Origin: Octopus vulgaris | Taxonomy: Eukaryota | Direction: 5' to 3' | DNA length: 64,000 bases | Assembly: GCA_951406725.2 (NCBI GenBank) | Contig: OX597814.1 | Location: 37,820,001 to 37,884,000 of the forward strand | Shown: in pieces, positions 11,061 through 24,139 of the stretch | How positions within the stretch are numbered: position 1 is the stretch's first letter | Layout of the letters: each line of letters starts with the position of its first letter | The notes under the pieces: model-generated | What the model saw: only the letters and a program-made list of their open reading frames with translations | Told to the model about the DNA's origin: nothing | Database searches by the model: none | Translations under genes and position numbers: made by a program

Positions 11061-13689
11061 AAACAACATCAACAATTAACTTTTTTGTAATTATTATAAT
11101 CATCGTTGTTATAATGTTTCCTATCATTGTTATGCGTTACCGATGATTTTTGAAACACTGCAACGTGTTCCAAATAAACGATACTAAATATTTAGAACGA
11201 CTTTTAATCGTGAGGCAGACTTCTGACAACCATACAAATATTCAAATTAATGAAATTAAAACCGTGTACCTAGGATATAATATTCAGAAATAAACTAATT
11301 TCTTTTCATTAGAGCGGAACAAATATTAAAATAAAAACAAATGTTAAAGAAAGTATTTAAACAAATATTTAGAGACTGTTTTAAAACATTACTTTAAATG
11401 TTACGCTAATGAGTTTATAAGATTTGGTGCAGCTGTGTGTGCATAATATTAATTTTGTGACCAAATATTCGAATTTTAGATTTAAGTTCACGGCAATAGT
11501 GGGGGATGCTAAATATTCAAAAATGAAAAGTGTCGTTTATTAAAATGGGACTTCATATGCGACATTGTACATAAACGATTGTACGTTTGTAATCGATTTC
11601 ATCAATATTTGTATTGTCCTATACTATACATCCGAGATGTGGTTCTGTAATTCTGGAACGTGTGCACTGTAACAGAATCTAACCTAAGGCTACCTTTATA
11701 CTAATAACAACAGCGGTATTTCATTTTAACTCTTTGTATCAAATCGAGTAAAGATGATCGCTGAATAAATAATTTATCTGCATCATTGAAGACCCACCTG
11801 CCCAGATAATAGGATATATGCAAACATATACTCGATCTGAATTACGATACAAACTGATGTAAATAGAAAATCCGAATTCTACCCAACAATCTATGACATC
11901 AGAGAATATATTCTTCAATGACTCAAAAGCATGTACACGCTGAATGTCGCATAAAAATTTGCAACTAAAAACCTTCACATACCTGAATAACATACGCCAC
12001 GTAATCTGTGTAACCTATAGAAAAACAAAGAGGGTTCATGAAAAGCGAATCAAAAAATAAAAATTCACTTTCAATGGAAGGTAATTAAATTAACCGTCAA
12101 AATCACAGAATAGCTGTCTTGTAAACTAAAAAAATATGTTGACCTTTACTAGTATTTATTTCTAACAAAAACAACATCAATAGCTGATCTAGATGAAGAG
12201 TTATATTTGTACTATTTCAGTAGTGAAACATTTGGTAATCCAGTCGAGGTGGATTGAGAAATAACAACACTTCTCACTTATATATGCAAGGCCAACATAG
12301 TCTTTCCATTATTGTAAACGACAATTTCAATCAAATACAAGTGCTAATGAATTCTAATAAGTCAAAACCTTTCAGTGAAACTTCTGAAGATTTGAAAATA
12401 TGCGATCAAACGTTGTTTTAAAGCTATAGGCAGACAGTATATTAAATATGCTAACTTCGCTGCCACTACTATCAGATACCATCAATATATTACTCGAATC
12501 CAGAAATTATGAATCTCCTGTAAGCTTCAAACCAGCTCAGGCAATAATAGATTCACGAATTCTTGATTTGCTAATCACGTATTTGGCTTTCGAACCAAAA
12601 ACTGGTCAACTACCTTTATATTGCACACCATGAGATATTTGAATACATCAAATGTGAAGGTTACTGAAATTGGTCGTTGACAGTTTAGGTGATAGATTTC
12701 ATTCTGTGTTGTTATTTTAATATGCACATGTGGAAAGTATCCTAAATTCAATTTTAATTGCTGCTTTAGAGAAAGGCTCAATGCCCATTGTGCGTTTATT
12801 CCTTACATGCATTTCTGCCATTTTCTTTCAGTTAAAAGGAGCTCTTGTGGAATTTTATTTCTGGACATGAGTTTCTGAAAGCTCTCATTTTTCATGAGAT
12901 TATTTTTTGTTCTGATAGGGTCTTCATGTTATTCTTTGCACTATAATAAAATTGATGACGTTGGATGAAATTGTACCTTCAGCTGTAATTTATTACCATC
13001 TATCCGTGTTTCGTTTCGGTATTCCCTGACGTTTCCACTTGTCTATATAAATGTGTGCATTGTGGTTGTGATTTTGTGTTGGTTTCTGATTCCTTAACTC
13101 TCCAAATCATTTTAGATGTTATTGATGGTGGCTGAATACTTGATTGTGCTATCAACAATTTCACTGTAATTGTTGATAATGCGGCTTGTCTCCTTTTCTT
13201 GCTACTGTATATGTGTTGTTGCTCATAATATTTTTACTGTTCTTGGTGTCGTTTTCAGACTGCAGGTGTGTTTATTAATATCCCATGTCTTTTTCTTTGA
13301 TGTTGATAATAGTGGTGTTATTATTGCTATTGTTGTGGCAGCTGAAGTGGTGGTAGAAGTAGTTGTTCTTGCATTTTTTCAATGCTACACACTACTTCAT
13401 AATATACGCAAAAAGGAAATCTCAATATACCGAATGATTGGTGTTGTGTCTGAAGGGTTTTAATTGCAGTAAAATTTAATATAAATGGTTAGCCAAAAGT
13501 CACCCGACAGTAAGTCAAAATTCTATAAATACTTAATATTCAATTTATCAGAAAAAGTAAAAGAAAATCACTACATCAGATCTAAAAGGTTCTTAAACAA
13601 ACTGAAAAATCCAGTAGATTTGATTTGACGTTTCTCGAACGGGAAAAACGTTGATCAAGATCAAAACTTTAAACAGAAGAAATGGCAGA

Positions 13690-14330
13690 TGGTTATGTGC
13701 AGACCCTTCTAAATTTCCAAGTGTTAAGCATTGAACATTTCCTGTAACAGTCATGGATTTAGAGGTTGTCAGCAATGAAAGCTATGTGATGCCCCCTTAC
13801 TTTCCACGAGGCCTTATAGTTAATTCTCCCGCCTGCATTAAATTTCGGGTAATAATTGTTAAGCCCTGGATAGACCGTGTATGCAATGGAAGGCCACATG
13901 TGGTTCAGTGAGCCTGTACGAATAACACAGGAATTGAGGGTTTATAGTTTTCATGATCCCATGACCCATAACAGATGGGCTCCTAATTCACCAGATCTGA
14001 ATCCATTGGACAATTTCATGGGGAGCGTTGCTGAGAGGGAGGTCAATGAACATGCCAATAACACCAAAGATACTTTGAAATCTGCCATAGTCAGTGTAAT
14101 GTCCGAAATGAATCAGGACCACTTGCTTCGAGCATGTAGATGAATTATTAGGTCTCATATAGAAGCAGTTACTGAGGATTAGGTGGCTTTATTGAATAAC
14201 CTTATAGAGAAGAATATTTATTTTTATCCTCAAAGCATATTTTGATAAATAAAGTTATTATAAGTTAATTTACATCTGTTTATTTATATAATACATTTAG
14301 ATAATGTATTGATCTATCTGAACACCTGAA
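13690..14330 (+). mobile_element. Tc1/mariner (maT/DD37D-like) transposase relic
   Basis: WAPNSPDLNPLD...AEREVNEHANNTKDTLKSAI in ORF 13877-14143; upstream FPVTVM..VVSNE..VMPP and VKPWIDRVCNG in other frames. Confidence 0.8.
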
Positions 14331-14949
14331 ATGTTACCAATTTATAGTTATGATTAGTGGTGTTAAATACATATATTTAGCTTAGAATGCACTTTAAACA
14401 TTATTTAATTATATATAATTAGAATAAATAACTACCTTTTTACTTATAAAGAATTCAACGATAATATGTACATTCTTACAATTTTTATAGCATTATTTAC
14501 GTAATACATAAATTTCGTACATTTTATAGTTATTATTTTTCGTAGATCTAAAGGTATTAAGTATTTTAAATCTTGAATAAACAATATACTTTCCACCTTC
14601 TGTTTCGATAATTCCGTTATTATTTTTAGTAGATATAATACGTATTTATCTCCGGGTAATTGACGCCATATTTATCACGTGACTTTTCAGTATAAATGCT
14701 AAAGTACACTTATTTCCGTTAAATCTGCAGCAGTTCGCCGGCAGATAAGTCATGTTTTTTAAAATTTATTCTAAACCATATCGACATACGTTTTTTATTA
14801 AATTTATACACTTACACGTATTTATATTTATTTACCTTCTCCATAATGAATTAATCAGGTTCGCAATAGTACTCTATTTGAATATTTTAGTTCGTAACTT
14901 TTAATAATATTGACGTATTTAACTTAGTGATTACATTAAAGGTTTCTTT

Positions 14950-14953
<4 letters not shown>

Positions 14954-15030
<77 letters not shown>

Positions 15031-15040
15031 CATATATATA
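14954..15040. repeat. (TA)n
   Basis: direct sequence. Confidence 0.95.
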
Positions 15041-15559
15041 TTATTCCTTATCATACTATGAATTAAGTTAAACTTTTAGCTTTTATTTTATTTTTTAGGA
15101 ATATGACCTAAGGAGAGACAGGTTTCGGGAGTAAAATCATTTTTTCCGTTCTAATGAACTTGGATATGGTTTTCTTATATGATTTTATATAGTCCTAATC
15201 CAGCCATGAAACCCACGTAATCGATGTACGAGTACTTACTTTTATACATTATACTATTGTATTAATTTTTATTTTTCAATTTATATTTAATTTGATTGTA
15301 GATTAATATTTTTATGATGAATGTTTCTTTGAATGTTATTCGCTGTGATTTTAAAAGTATTTGCTCTTATATATTACATGATTGTAATAATCTTACTGTC
15401 CAATATTATATATTATTTAAAATTTAGATTAGTATTTTGTATGGTATATGTCTCACAGCATGGTTGGAGGGGTTCTTCATTGACTGAGTTGTGGAAAGAT
15501 GGTTCGTCTCTAAATTAGTTATATATATACGCTAAGATATATTAGGAGTAAACAAGAGT

Positions 15560-16413
15560 GATTTGGTATTTTGCAATATTATTTTTTTCATATAGTTGTG
15601 CATGTTTTCATTTTTATCGCTTTGAAATATTCTCCATTTGAGGCAAAGCATCGGTCCAGACACTTTTGCGCTGTTCGAAAGGGTGCTAGAATTCTTGCAA
15701 AGTGATTCCTTGTAATGCCTCCATCGTTTTTTACTTCACCTCTTGTATATCTACAAATTCCATAGCTCTAGCTTTCGTCACCAGTGATGACATTCGATAA
15801 AAAAGGCCCGGATAAAATTCCTGCTGGGTTTTCAGTTCCCGACAGGCATTCAGTCGTGTGTTGTTTGAACTTCCGTGAGACAGTGAGGCACAAATTTTGC
15901 TACAACTCTTTTCATCTCTCAAAATTCGTTGGCAAGAGTTCAAGCACACACTTGTCATATCAATAATTTCGTCAATTTTCGGTGATGGTACTCCAACATC
16001 AGTTCATAACATTTTTCATTCCTTTGGAAGATCGACGTTCGCCGTGAAGGAGGTAGCTCTTGTAACCAAAAGTGACCCCTCCTAAAGCCTGTAAATCACT
16101 CGAAAACTTGTGTTTTGCTCGTCGCAACTTCCTTGTGAGCTTTTTGAAGTATGACAACTGTTTTGTCCACCGTTTTCCCCAGCAGAATATCTCGGAAGCA
16201 CGCTGTTCCTTCGTTTCAACTAAATATCTACGAACAGGGGTGAGGTACGGCAAAACAAAGACGCAATATATGGAAGTACTACTATATCGGAAAATGCCTG
16301 TCGGAAACTGATGCTTGAGATAGTATCAACAGGCTTCCAGCAGCGGAAGTTCGAACTATAACTAACTTGTCCCACAGAGAACATTTACGGTTATTTTTGG
16401 GTACCTCCTCGCA
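15560..16413 (-). mobile_element. mariner-type DNA transposon, internally deleted
   Basis: TIR-like t.cgaggaggtacccaaaaataaccg at the 16413 end; N-terminal KEQRA..FC..GK helix-turn-helix remnant; C-terminal DRCFASNGEYF. Confidence 0.75.
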
Positions 16414-17064
16414 GATAATTACATAAGTACAGAAATAGATATATACATACATAAATACAGAAATATATGAGCACATAGATTATGCGTTTTTGCGTGTGTG
16501 CATATACATACTTGTTTATGTACGTTTATAAACATGAGTATAAACATATATGTATCCATGTATGATGTATTATAATTTGTATGACCGATACTATTACACA
16601 TATATGCGCATTAAAATATCAATATTACTTCTGTTGATCTCATATTACACAGACTTTTGTCCTCTATCCTTATCTGATCGAGGGGTTTATAATAGCATTA
16701 GAAATAACTATAAATTTTTGCATATACTTTTTTCTGATGTATCATTAAAACTATTCCCGAATGAGATTCATTTATTAACTTTCTGTTTCCAAAATTATTT
16801 ACTACTGTCAATAATAATCTAATGTAAAAAGCTAAAATTAAAATACGTTATCATGCAATCACAACAACTAACTGATAATCCTATATATTGTTTTACGAGT
16901 TTTAATCATTAAGCCATTGTCACTGTGCCACATTGATCAAGTTTATACTTTTACGTAAGTGCAATCAGGCGCAGATCTTCGACTCATACACTTTTTATCG
17001 TTCCCTATGGTTGAATTCAATACTTGAATTACACGTATATGTTTCTTTGTATTACAACCACACT

Positions 17065-17253
<189 letters not shown>

Positions 17254-17324
17254 GTAGACACACACATACCTATATATAAGGAAATTTGTGTATATACTTA
17301 TATAGATATATGTATATAATCTTA

Positions 17325-17780
17325 TATTCGTTTCGGCCATGCGGTTGTGGTTATAATGGGGCAACACGATCATCTTTCCCTAGTCTGGGCATTTCACATC
17401 ACCACTCCTGTACGTGCCTTTGTCTCAGCTGTTGGTACATTTAGTGTATAAGGATTCCGCTGCCCTTTGTATGTATCTCATGTTGGGTTGTTGGTTCATC
17501 CGGTGTTGTGGAGAAGAGGATGTCTTATTGAAGTCATCTACTTCCACATTATGCAAATTTTCAGGGTGATGGTCCTTTGAACCCTAGTTCATTGTAATAC
17601 CTGGTCCCAAAGTTAGACCTACATCTTTTTCATTCTGTTCACTATCACATATTAATCGGTTTGATTGAATCGACAACATCTTTATGGATAACCGGATTAT
17701 AACATCACCAGAAACATTGATACTCATGGCAATGCATACATTAGTGAACCTGCTGGCCTAAGCATTGATCCAATATATAC
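17325..17780 (-). mobile_element. CR1/L2-group LINE 3' end relic
   Basis: Minus strand gives LGFKGP..NLHNVEVDDF..STTPDEPTTQHE..RAAES; tail gttgccccattataaccac..ggccgaaac resembles the tail at 28910-28950. Confidence 0.6.
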
Positions 17781-18554
17781 AATAATTGGAACAATAACAT
17801 GAAATACTCAAGTTATAATGCAGCGCGTAAGTCATACGATCGCAGATCGATTTGATCCATTTTTTTTTACTGGAACATATGTACCGATGTAAAACACTCG
17901 GATGAACTACCAATATCTATGTGGATATAAATGCATATATACATACGCATATACATATGACAGTATTTACCTATAGGCCTGCCTTATGCAATCAGTAGTA
18001 TTTGGACAGAGAAGAGTAGTAGCTTAAGATGTTTGGTCTCGACAGAAAGAGTATTTCTGCATGTGTATTTATGCTCGTATGAGAATGTATGACACCTAAT
18101 AACGAAATGAGATGCAGCTGCTCTAAATGATAATAAAATATTCAATAACTATATAGCGAACTATAATGAAATCGTTAAAATAATTGAGAGCTTTCCTTCT
18201 TTTATTGTCAATCATTTATTGCTTTTAATAAATCCAAGGTTAGTTCTCCTTCAGGACCATCTACCATGCAAGCTACATACAAAAGTTTATATAGAGAGAT
18301 AGCACTTTACATAACTATCCATGATTGATGTTTATAAAAAACAATTCTTGAAGTGTCTGGCTATCATCCTCTTCCTCCTCCTCCACCTCATCATCATCAT
18401 CAGCAGCAGCATCAACATCATCATCGTCATCCAGTTCAACACACACACACATGGGTGGGCGTGTGTTTGTGTTCTGTTTATGGATGTGCATGTATTCATA
18501 TATTCATATATAGCTCTCTCTTTATGAGCATATATATATATATATATTAATAAA

Positions 18555-18970
18555 TATAAGGGTAGCAAAAAATTCTAGAAAGAGCAGCGAAACTGAAACC
18601 GCTAATAGTTGTAATGATTTTTTGGCTGATTTTGAAATTAAATCAGTAGTTTATATTTGCTGCTGAGAAGACCGCGCGACTGCGGTAGATTTTGAAAATG
18701 TATAGCATATAGACTTGCGGCTTCCTTACCATCACTTCGTGGATATATGTTCATCATTGGCTTCTCTGCTGACGAGGCACGCCAGTTGTAAATAAATTTA
18801 ATTTAATTTAATTAATTTGTTTACAAAAGTTTGCCGAAACTATGCATAGTCCAGAGATGAAAGGGTAAACGTTTTTTTTTCTCTTTCAATTTCAGAATTA
18901 CAACTATTAGCGGTTTGAGTTTGGCTGCTCTTTCTAGTGAGTCGAATGTCCTATTGTGGCCATTCCTTGT
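18555..18970. mobile_element. MITE-like element with 41-bp inverted repeats
   Basis: 18575-18615 ctagaaagagcagcgaaactgaaaccgctaatagttgtaat vs reverse complement of 18897-18937 (2 mismatches); lies between (TA)n tracts. Confidence 0.65.
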
Positions 18971-18974
18971 ATTT

Positions 18975-19006
<32 letters not shown>

Positions 19007-19010
<4 letters not shown>

Positions 19011-21305
19011 CCGGCAAGATCTTGACGCTCTCGACTGCAGCCACTGTAGTCTCCCGTGAGTAGAGATCCTGGTAGTGCTCCACTGGGCTCTCAGAGCTGG
19101 AGCCAGTTATCGAAGCAAAGCGTGCAGCTCTGATGCAATACAAGAGTGACTCTTCTACAAAGTCACTCGAAGGACACTGAAAGGCACGAAATAAAGCCCA
19201 ACTGACAGCCAGACGCTGTGCAAATAGGTATTGGCAGGAAATCTGTCAGAGTATCCAGTTAGCTGCTGACGGGTGCGATACCCGTGGGATGTATGCCGGT
19301 TTGGAAAAAGGCCTTAGGTCCATCCGCAACCAAGTCAGCCCCTCTGAGATCAGCTACTGGAGATCTCATCAGGGATCAAAGCAAGCAAATGTATAGATGG
19401 GTGGAGCACTACCAGGATCTCTACTCACGGGAGACTACAGTGGCTGAGGCTGCAGTCGAGAGTGTCAAGATATTGCCAGTCATGTGCGAACTTGACAGTC
19501 CGCCATCTCTAGCAGAGCTCACCAAGGCTGTTGACTCCCTAGCTAGAAACAAGGCTCCGGTAAAAGACGGCATCCCCTCAGAGATCATCAAAGCCGGCAA
19601 AAATACCATCCTGCTTCGGCACCTTCATGAGCTTCTGTGTCAGTGCTGGGAAGAGGGTACAGTCCCTCAGGATATGCGGGTTGCTAACATAATTACGCTT
19701 TACAAAAACAAAGGTAACCGTGATGATTGTAACAATTACCGTGGAATATCTCTTCTAAGCACTGTTGGAAAGACCTTTGCCCGCGTTATCCTGGCCAGGC
19801 TACAACTACTTGCTTCTCGATCCTATCCGGAATCGCAGTGTGGCTTTAGAAGAAGCAGATCAACTATCGATATGATATTCTCCATACGCCAACTTCAGGA
19901 GAAGTCGAGATAGCAGAGAATGCCATTATATATGGCCTTCATTGATCTAACAAAGGCCTTTGACTCGGTAAGCAGAACAAGCCTCTTCAATCTTCTCCAA
20001 AAAATCGGATGTCCACCAAAGCAGCTGAGGATCATCAAGTCTTCCCATGATGACATGTAAGGCACCATACAGCACAACGGTTCAACATCAGACGCCTTCC
20101 AAATAAAAAACGGGATAAAGCAAGGTTGTGTCCTCGCTCCTACATTGTTTGGCATCTTCTTGCTCTTACTCTCACATGCCTTTCAGACATCAGATGATGG
20201 AGTGTTTCTGCACAGTAGAAGTGACGGGAAACTGTTCAATCTCTCGTGCCTGCGTGCCAAGAACAAAATCAGAAACGTCCTGATCAAGGAGATGCTATTT
20301 GCTGATGATGCCGCTCTGGTATCACACACAGAAGAAGCCCTCCAAAAGCTCATTAACTGTTTTGAGCAAGCATGTAACAACTTTGGCTTAGCTATCAGCC
20401 TTAAGAAGACGAACATCATGGGTCAGGCTACATCGGACATCCCAAACATACATATTGGAGACCACAGATTACAAGAGGTGGAGAAGTTTACCTGTCTGGC
20501 CTTACCGTCACCTACAACCTATCCCTTGTCGCTGACTCAATATACGCTTTGGCAAGGTAGCTGCTGCGATGGCCCAACTAACCAAACGGGCTTGGGACAA
20601 AAATAAGCTTACCAAGACCACGAAAAGGAAGATCTACCAGGCATGTGTAGTTAGCACTCTACTGTATGGAAGCGAGACTTGGACGCTATACACACACCAA
20701 GATCGTCGCCTAAACATCTTTCATCTGCGCTGCCTCAGGAAAATCCTCCGATTCAAATGGCAGAACCATATCCCTAACAAAGATGTCCTCAAGCAAGCAG
20801 GAATACCAAGCATGTTTGCACTCCTCACACAAAGACGTATGAGATGGCTTGGGTATGTTAGCCGTATTAAAGATGGCAGAATCCCCAAGGACGTACTATA
20901 CGGAGAGCTTGCTAGGGGTACTAGGTCTGTGGGTAGACCGTTCTTACGTTACAAAGATGTTTGCAAATGGGACATGAAGGCCTTCATCATCATTATTCGT
21001 GGTTGTGAGGCAGTTGCCGGCAACCGTGGAGACTGGCGACGTACCGTAAAAGAGGGAATTCAAAGGAGTGACATAGAGAGAGAGGAGAAATGGAAAGACA
21101 AGAAAATACATCAACAAGAAACTATGGCATTACAACCAGCCATGAATAGTCTTCGCTACATTTGCGGTACCTGCCAGAGGGAGTGTTTGTCCAGGATAGG
21201 ACTACACAGCCACAGCAGGAACTGTATCAGGTCATGAAATGTAAAAGCCAGACTAGACTACTTTATGCGCAACTCCATTGTCTCCCGTGACAAAAAGGAT
21301 GCCAA

Positions 21306-21310
<5 letters not shown>
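19007..21310 (+). mobile_element. RTE-clade LINE, 5'-truncated, relatively young (few stops/frameshifts)
   Basis: ORFs 19284-19913 (YKNKG.R.DCNNYRGISLLS..GK, PESQCGFR..RSTIDMIF), 19895-20150 (FIDLTKAFDSV, GIKQGCVLAPTLF), 20145-20606 (LFADD), 20569-21237 (LLYGSETW, RRMRWLGYV, C-terminal CGTCQRECLSRIGLHSHSRNC finger); flanked by (TA)n on both sides. Confidence 0.95.
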
Positions 21311-21351
<41 letters not shown>

Positions 21352-21353
<2 letters not shown>

Positions 21354-21539
21354 GTCGCCATGATAGATCGATAGAAACTACTACACACATTTTTCTCTCG
21401 TTGTTTCTTTCTGCGTTCCTTTCTGTGTAAGAGCGTAGGGTCGAAACGTAAAATAACTTTTCAATTCCCGAGCCTTATACAAATACACCTGTTTGTTTCT
21501 ACACCACATGTCTTCGTTTTGGGATTTTTCGTGAATTCT

Positions 21540-21543
<4 letters not shown>
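21352..21543 (+). mobile_element. short non-autonomous Penelope-pLTR-like repeat (copy A) between (TA)n tracts
   Basis: Colinear similarity to 41358-41547; contains aagagcgtagggtcgaaacgt (hammerhead-like stem II plus GAAACGU). Confidence 0.6.
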
Positions 21544-21614
<71 letters not shown>

Positions 21615-21643
21615 TATATTACTGTGAAGCATTGCGTAACATA

Positions 21644-22132
21644 TATTGTATAAAAGGTCCTGGGTACACCCAAAAGTATTCGAAGTAAATGCAAGGTAAT
21701 TCACAAGAAAACAAATATGGGAATTAAATTAATGTATTACCTGGTATTCAATGTTTCGGGGTTATGACCATATTTTCAAGAAATTGATGAATGTTGCCGA
21801 TGTACGAGTTTGTGAGCGTGTATGGAGTGGACATGCGCAGAAGGGTGTTGCTATAGCAACCACTTAGCTTCATGCAACTCCCTTCTATTATTGACCTTAG
21901 GTTTCTTTTGGTATTTGAGGATAGCGTCAGAGATACTGACGTTGCCTCTGTTCCACTCCACACATGCTCACACATTCGTACATCGGCAATATTCGTCAAT
22001 TTCGAGAAATCCATGTCATAACCACGAAGTATTGAATACAATGTAAATCTCCTTTAATTCACATATTTGTTTTCTTGCGATTTACCTTACATTTACTTCG
22101 AATTCTTTTGGCTTTACCCAAGATCTTTTACG

Positions 22133-22137
<5 letters not shown>
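21644..22137. mobile_element. Tc1-like MITE with ~190-bp TIRs and ~120-bp spacer, TA-flanked
   Basis: 21644-21831 aligns to reverse complement of 21952-22137 (aaaag..ctgggta...ccaaaag.attcgaagtaaatg.aaggtaa; ttgccgatgtacga..tgtgagc.tgt.tggagtgga). Confidence 0.85.
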
Positions 22138-22176
<39 letters not shown>

Positions 22177-22250
22177 ATGTATGTATGTATATATATATAT
22201 GTATGTATATATATATATATATATATACATATACACACACATATATATAC

Positions 22251-22297
<47 letters not shown>

Positions 22298-23301
22298 CAT
22301 GCGTATACGTATGTGCATATATACATACACATGCACATACGTACATCAGTGCATGCAAACATACATGCGTGTAAAATGTTTTGTCTTTAAGTGGATGTAT
22401 ATCACTTGAATATAAAAGAAAACTACCAGCGTGCATATCGCTTGAACACGCAACATTACCTCCAGTAAAACTAAGAACCTCACACATATTCCCTCACTCC
22501 ATATTTCATTATAGTAGTCTTGGCTCAGACTTTTTTTTCATTGACGCGACTACTAACGTGTTCTCTTCGTACTCATTGAAATGAACAAATCCAACTAATT
22601 AGATTCTTCGTGATTTCAGTTAATATTTTTTCTCTGTCTTTCTTTTACATGTCTTTATTTGTTCATTCATTGTATGAGCGCTCCAATTTTGTTCCTGATA
22701 ATGTTGCAAATTTCTGACTAGCTAAACGTAGAAGATTAAAATGCCTTCAAATTTAGTGAGAAAAACTGCAATATAATGTAGCTGTACTAATCATCTTTAG
22801 AAATCTCACTCTCGGCTTTGTGAATGCTATGTAAAAATGTAAATAGAGACAAGTAGAATATATTTAATTTAGATTTGATACCAGCCGTCTATGTCACTTG
22901 TTGTGCGTACAGCTCTAGAGCTTCATGGTAGTTTGAGATTGGCACTTTAGTTGTGTTTTACTACGTTGGGTTTCCTATTGATTAAGTTGCCAAAATGGTA
23001 GAAGCTTATTGATATACAGACTATAATGTTTATTTCTATACCCGATTGTCGGAAAGAAGACAAACAGCAACAACAAGAAGCTATTACTGGTACGATTATT
23101 TCGCTTACTTGTTAAATATTGTTTTGCAGAAGCGCATAAAATAGAGGCATCTGGCCTATTTGTTAGGAGTGGCGAAGACTCCTCGAAAGTTTTTGGTTCG
23201 CTGAGGTCACATACGGTGACATGTTATCCAAGTGTAAACCAACCTAAGTTCCATCATAGGGGTGAGATATAAAAAAAATATTGAAGTAATAACGACGACG
23301 A

Positions 23302-23333
<32 letters not shown>

Positions 23334-23354
23334 ACAACAACAATAATAATAGGA

Positions 23355-23960
23355 GTGCATAAAAAGTGAAATAACAGGCATGGCAGAGTATTTGGCAAAT
23401 AGCAAAAAAACCCTGCTACTCTAGAGGATGTTGGATGAAAAATGCAGAAGGATTTACCAAAAATGGATTTCAGAGTGTTAAGAAATTCCGATCAGGAATA
23501 ATCAGCGAGTGAGAGGAAACGTTACTCCGCATGAATTATACGGCCAGTCCCACTGTGAAGCTAACAACTTAAAAGACCAGGAAGCATCGTGGAGGTGGCT
23601 CAGCAAGAGTGACCTAAAAAAAAGTATACTGGAAGCATCATCATCGCTGCTCAGGATCAGTCATTGAATACAAACTCAGTGAAAAGGGATATATACGACA
23701 CAACTGCAACGAACATCTGCAGAATGTGTGGAAAGAGAGTCGATAGAGTGACTCACATTGTTCATGCTTGTGAAAGCCCTGCGCAGAAAACGCACTAGCA
23801 TAAACATGGCAGTGTAGCCCAAAACATTTTCTGGCTACTATGCCGGAAATATGGATACGAGTTAACGGGTGCTTGGTACCAACATGCATCGAAAAAATTA
23901 ACTGACGTAAAAGGGAAGGCAGAAATCCTCTGGGAGTTTGACTTCCAGAGAAGAGAAATT
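23355..23960 (+). mobile_element. R4/Dong-clade LINE fragment (CCHC region)
   Basis: IIAAQDQSLNTNSVKRDIY...CRMCGKRVDRVTHIVHAC..., then ILWEFDFQ; begins after an (AAC)/(AAT)n tract. Confidence 0.8.
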
Positions 23961-23984
23961 TTTATTCAGAAATGTTGACAGACA

Positions 23985-24070
23985 AATTTGACCTCGGCGG
24001 AATTTGAACTTAGTACGTAAAGAAATGCATTTTGTGAGGCCTGGTAAACTTTCTGCCACCTTGCCGCCTT
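23985..24070 (-). mobile_element. tRNA-related SINE 5' fragment
   Basis: Reverse complement aaggcggcaaggtggcagaaag...gttcaaattccgccgaggtc (A/B-box-like), same family as 36025 and 51155. Confidence 0.65.
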
Positions 24071-24139
24071 AATAACAACGACGACGACAAAAAACAACAA
24101 CACTAATATTGATAATAATAATAATAATAATAGTAATTG

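Noticed and set aside
12200-13460. Degenerate Penelope-like RT on the minus strand
   Set aside because: Only vague motif resemblance; not supportable without a search.
14674-14760. Promoter or small-RNA cassette (tcacgtga, tataaat, T-run)
   Set aside because: Short motifs are expected by chance in AT-rich DNA and no recognisable RNA follows.
18722-18790. Small minus-strand exon ending at a G|gtaagg donor
   Set aside because: It lies inside an inverted-repeat element, with no convincing acceptor, homology or partner exons.
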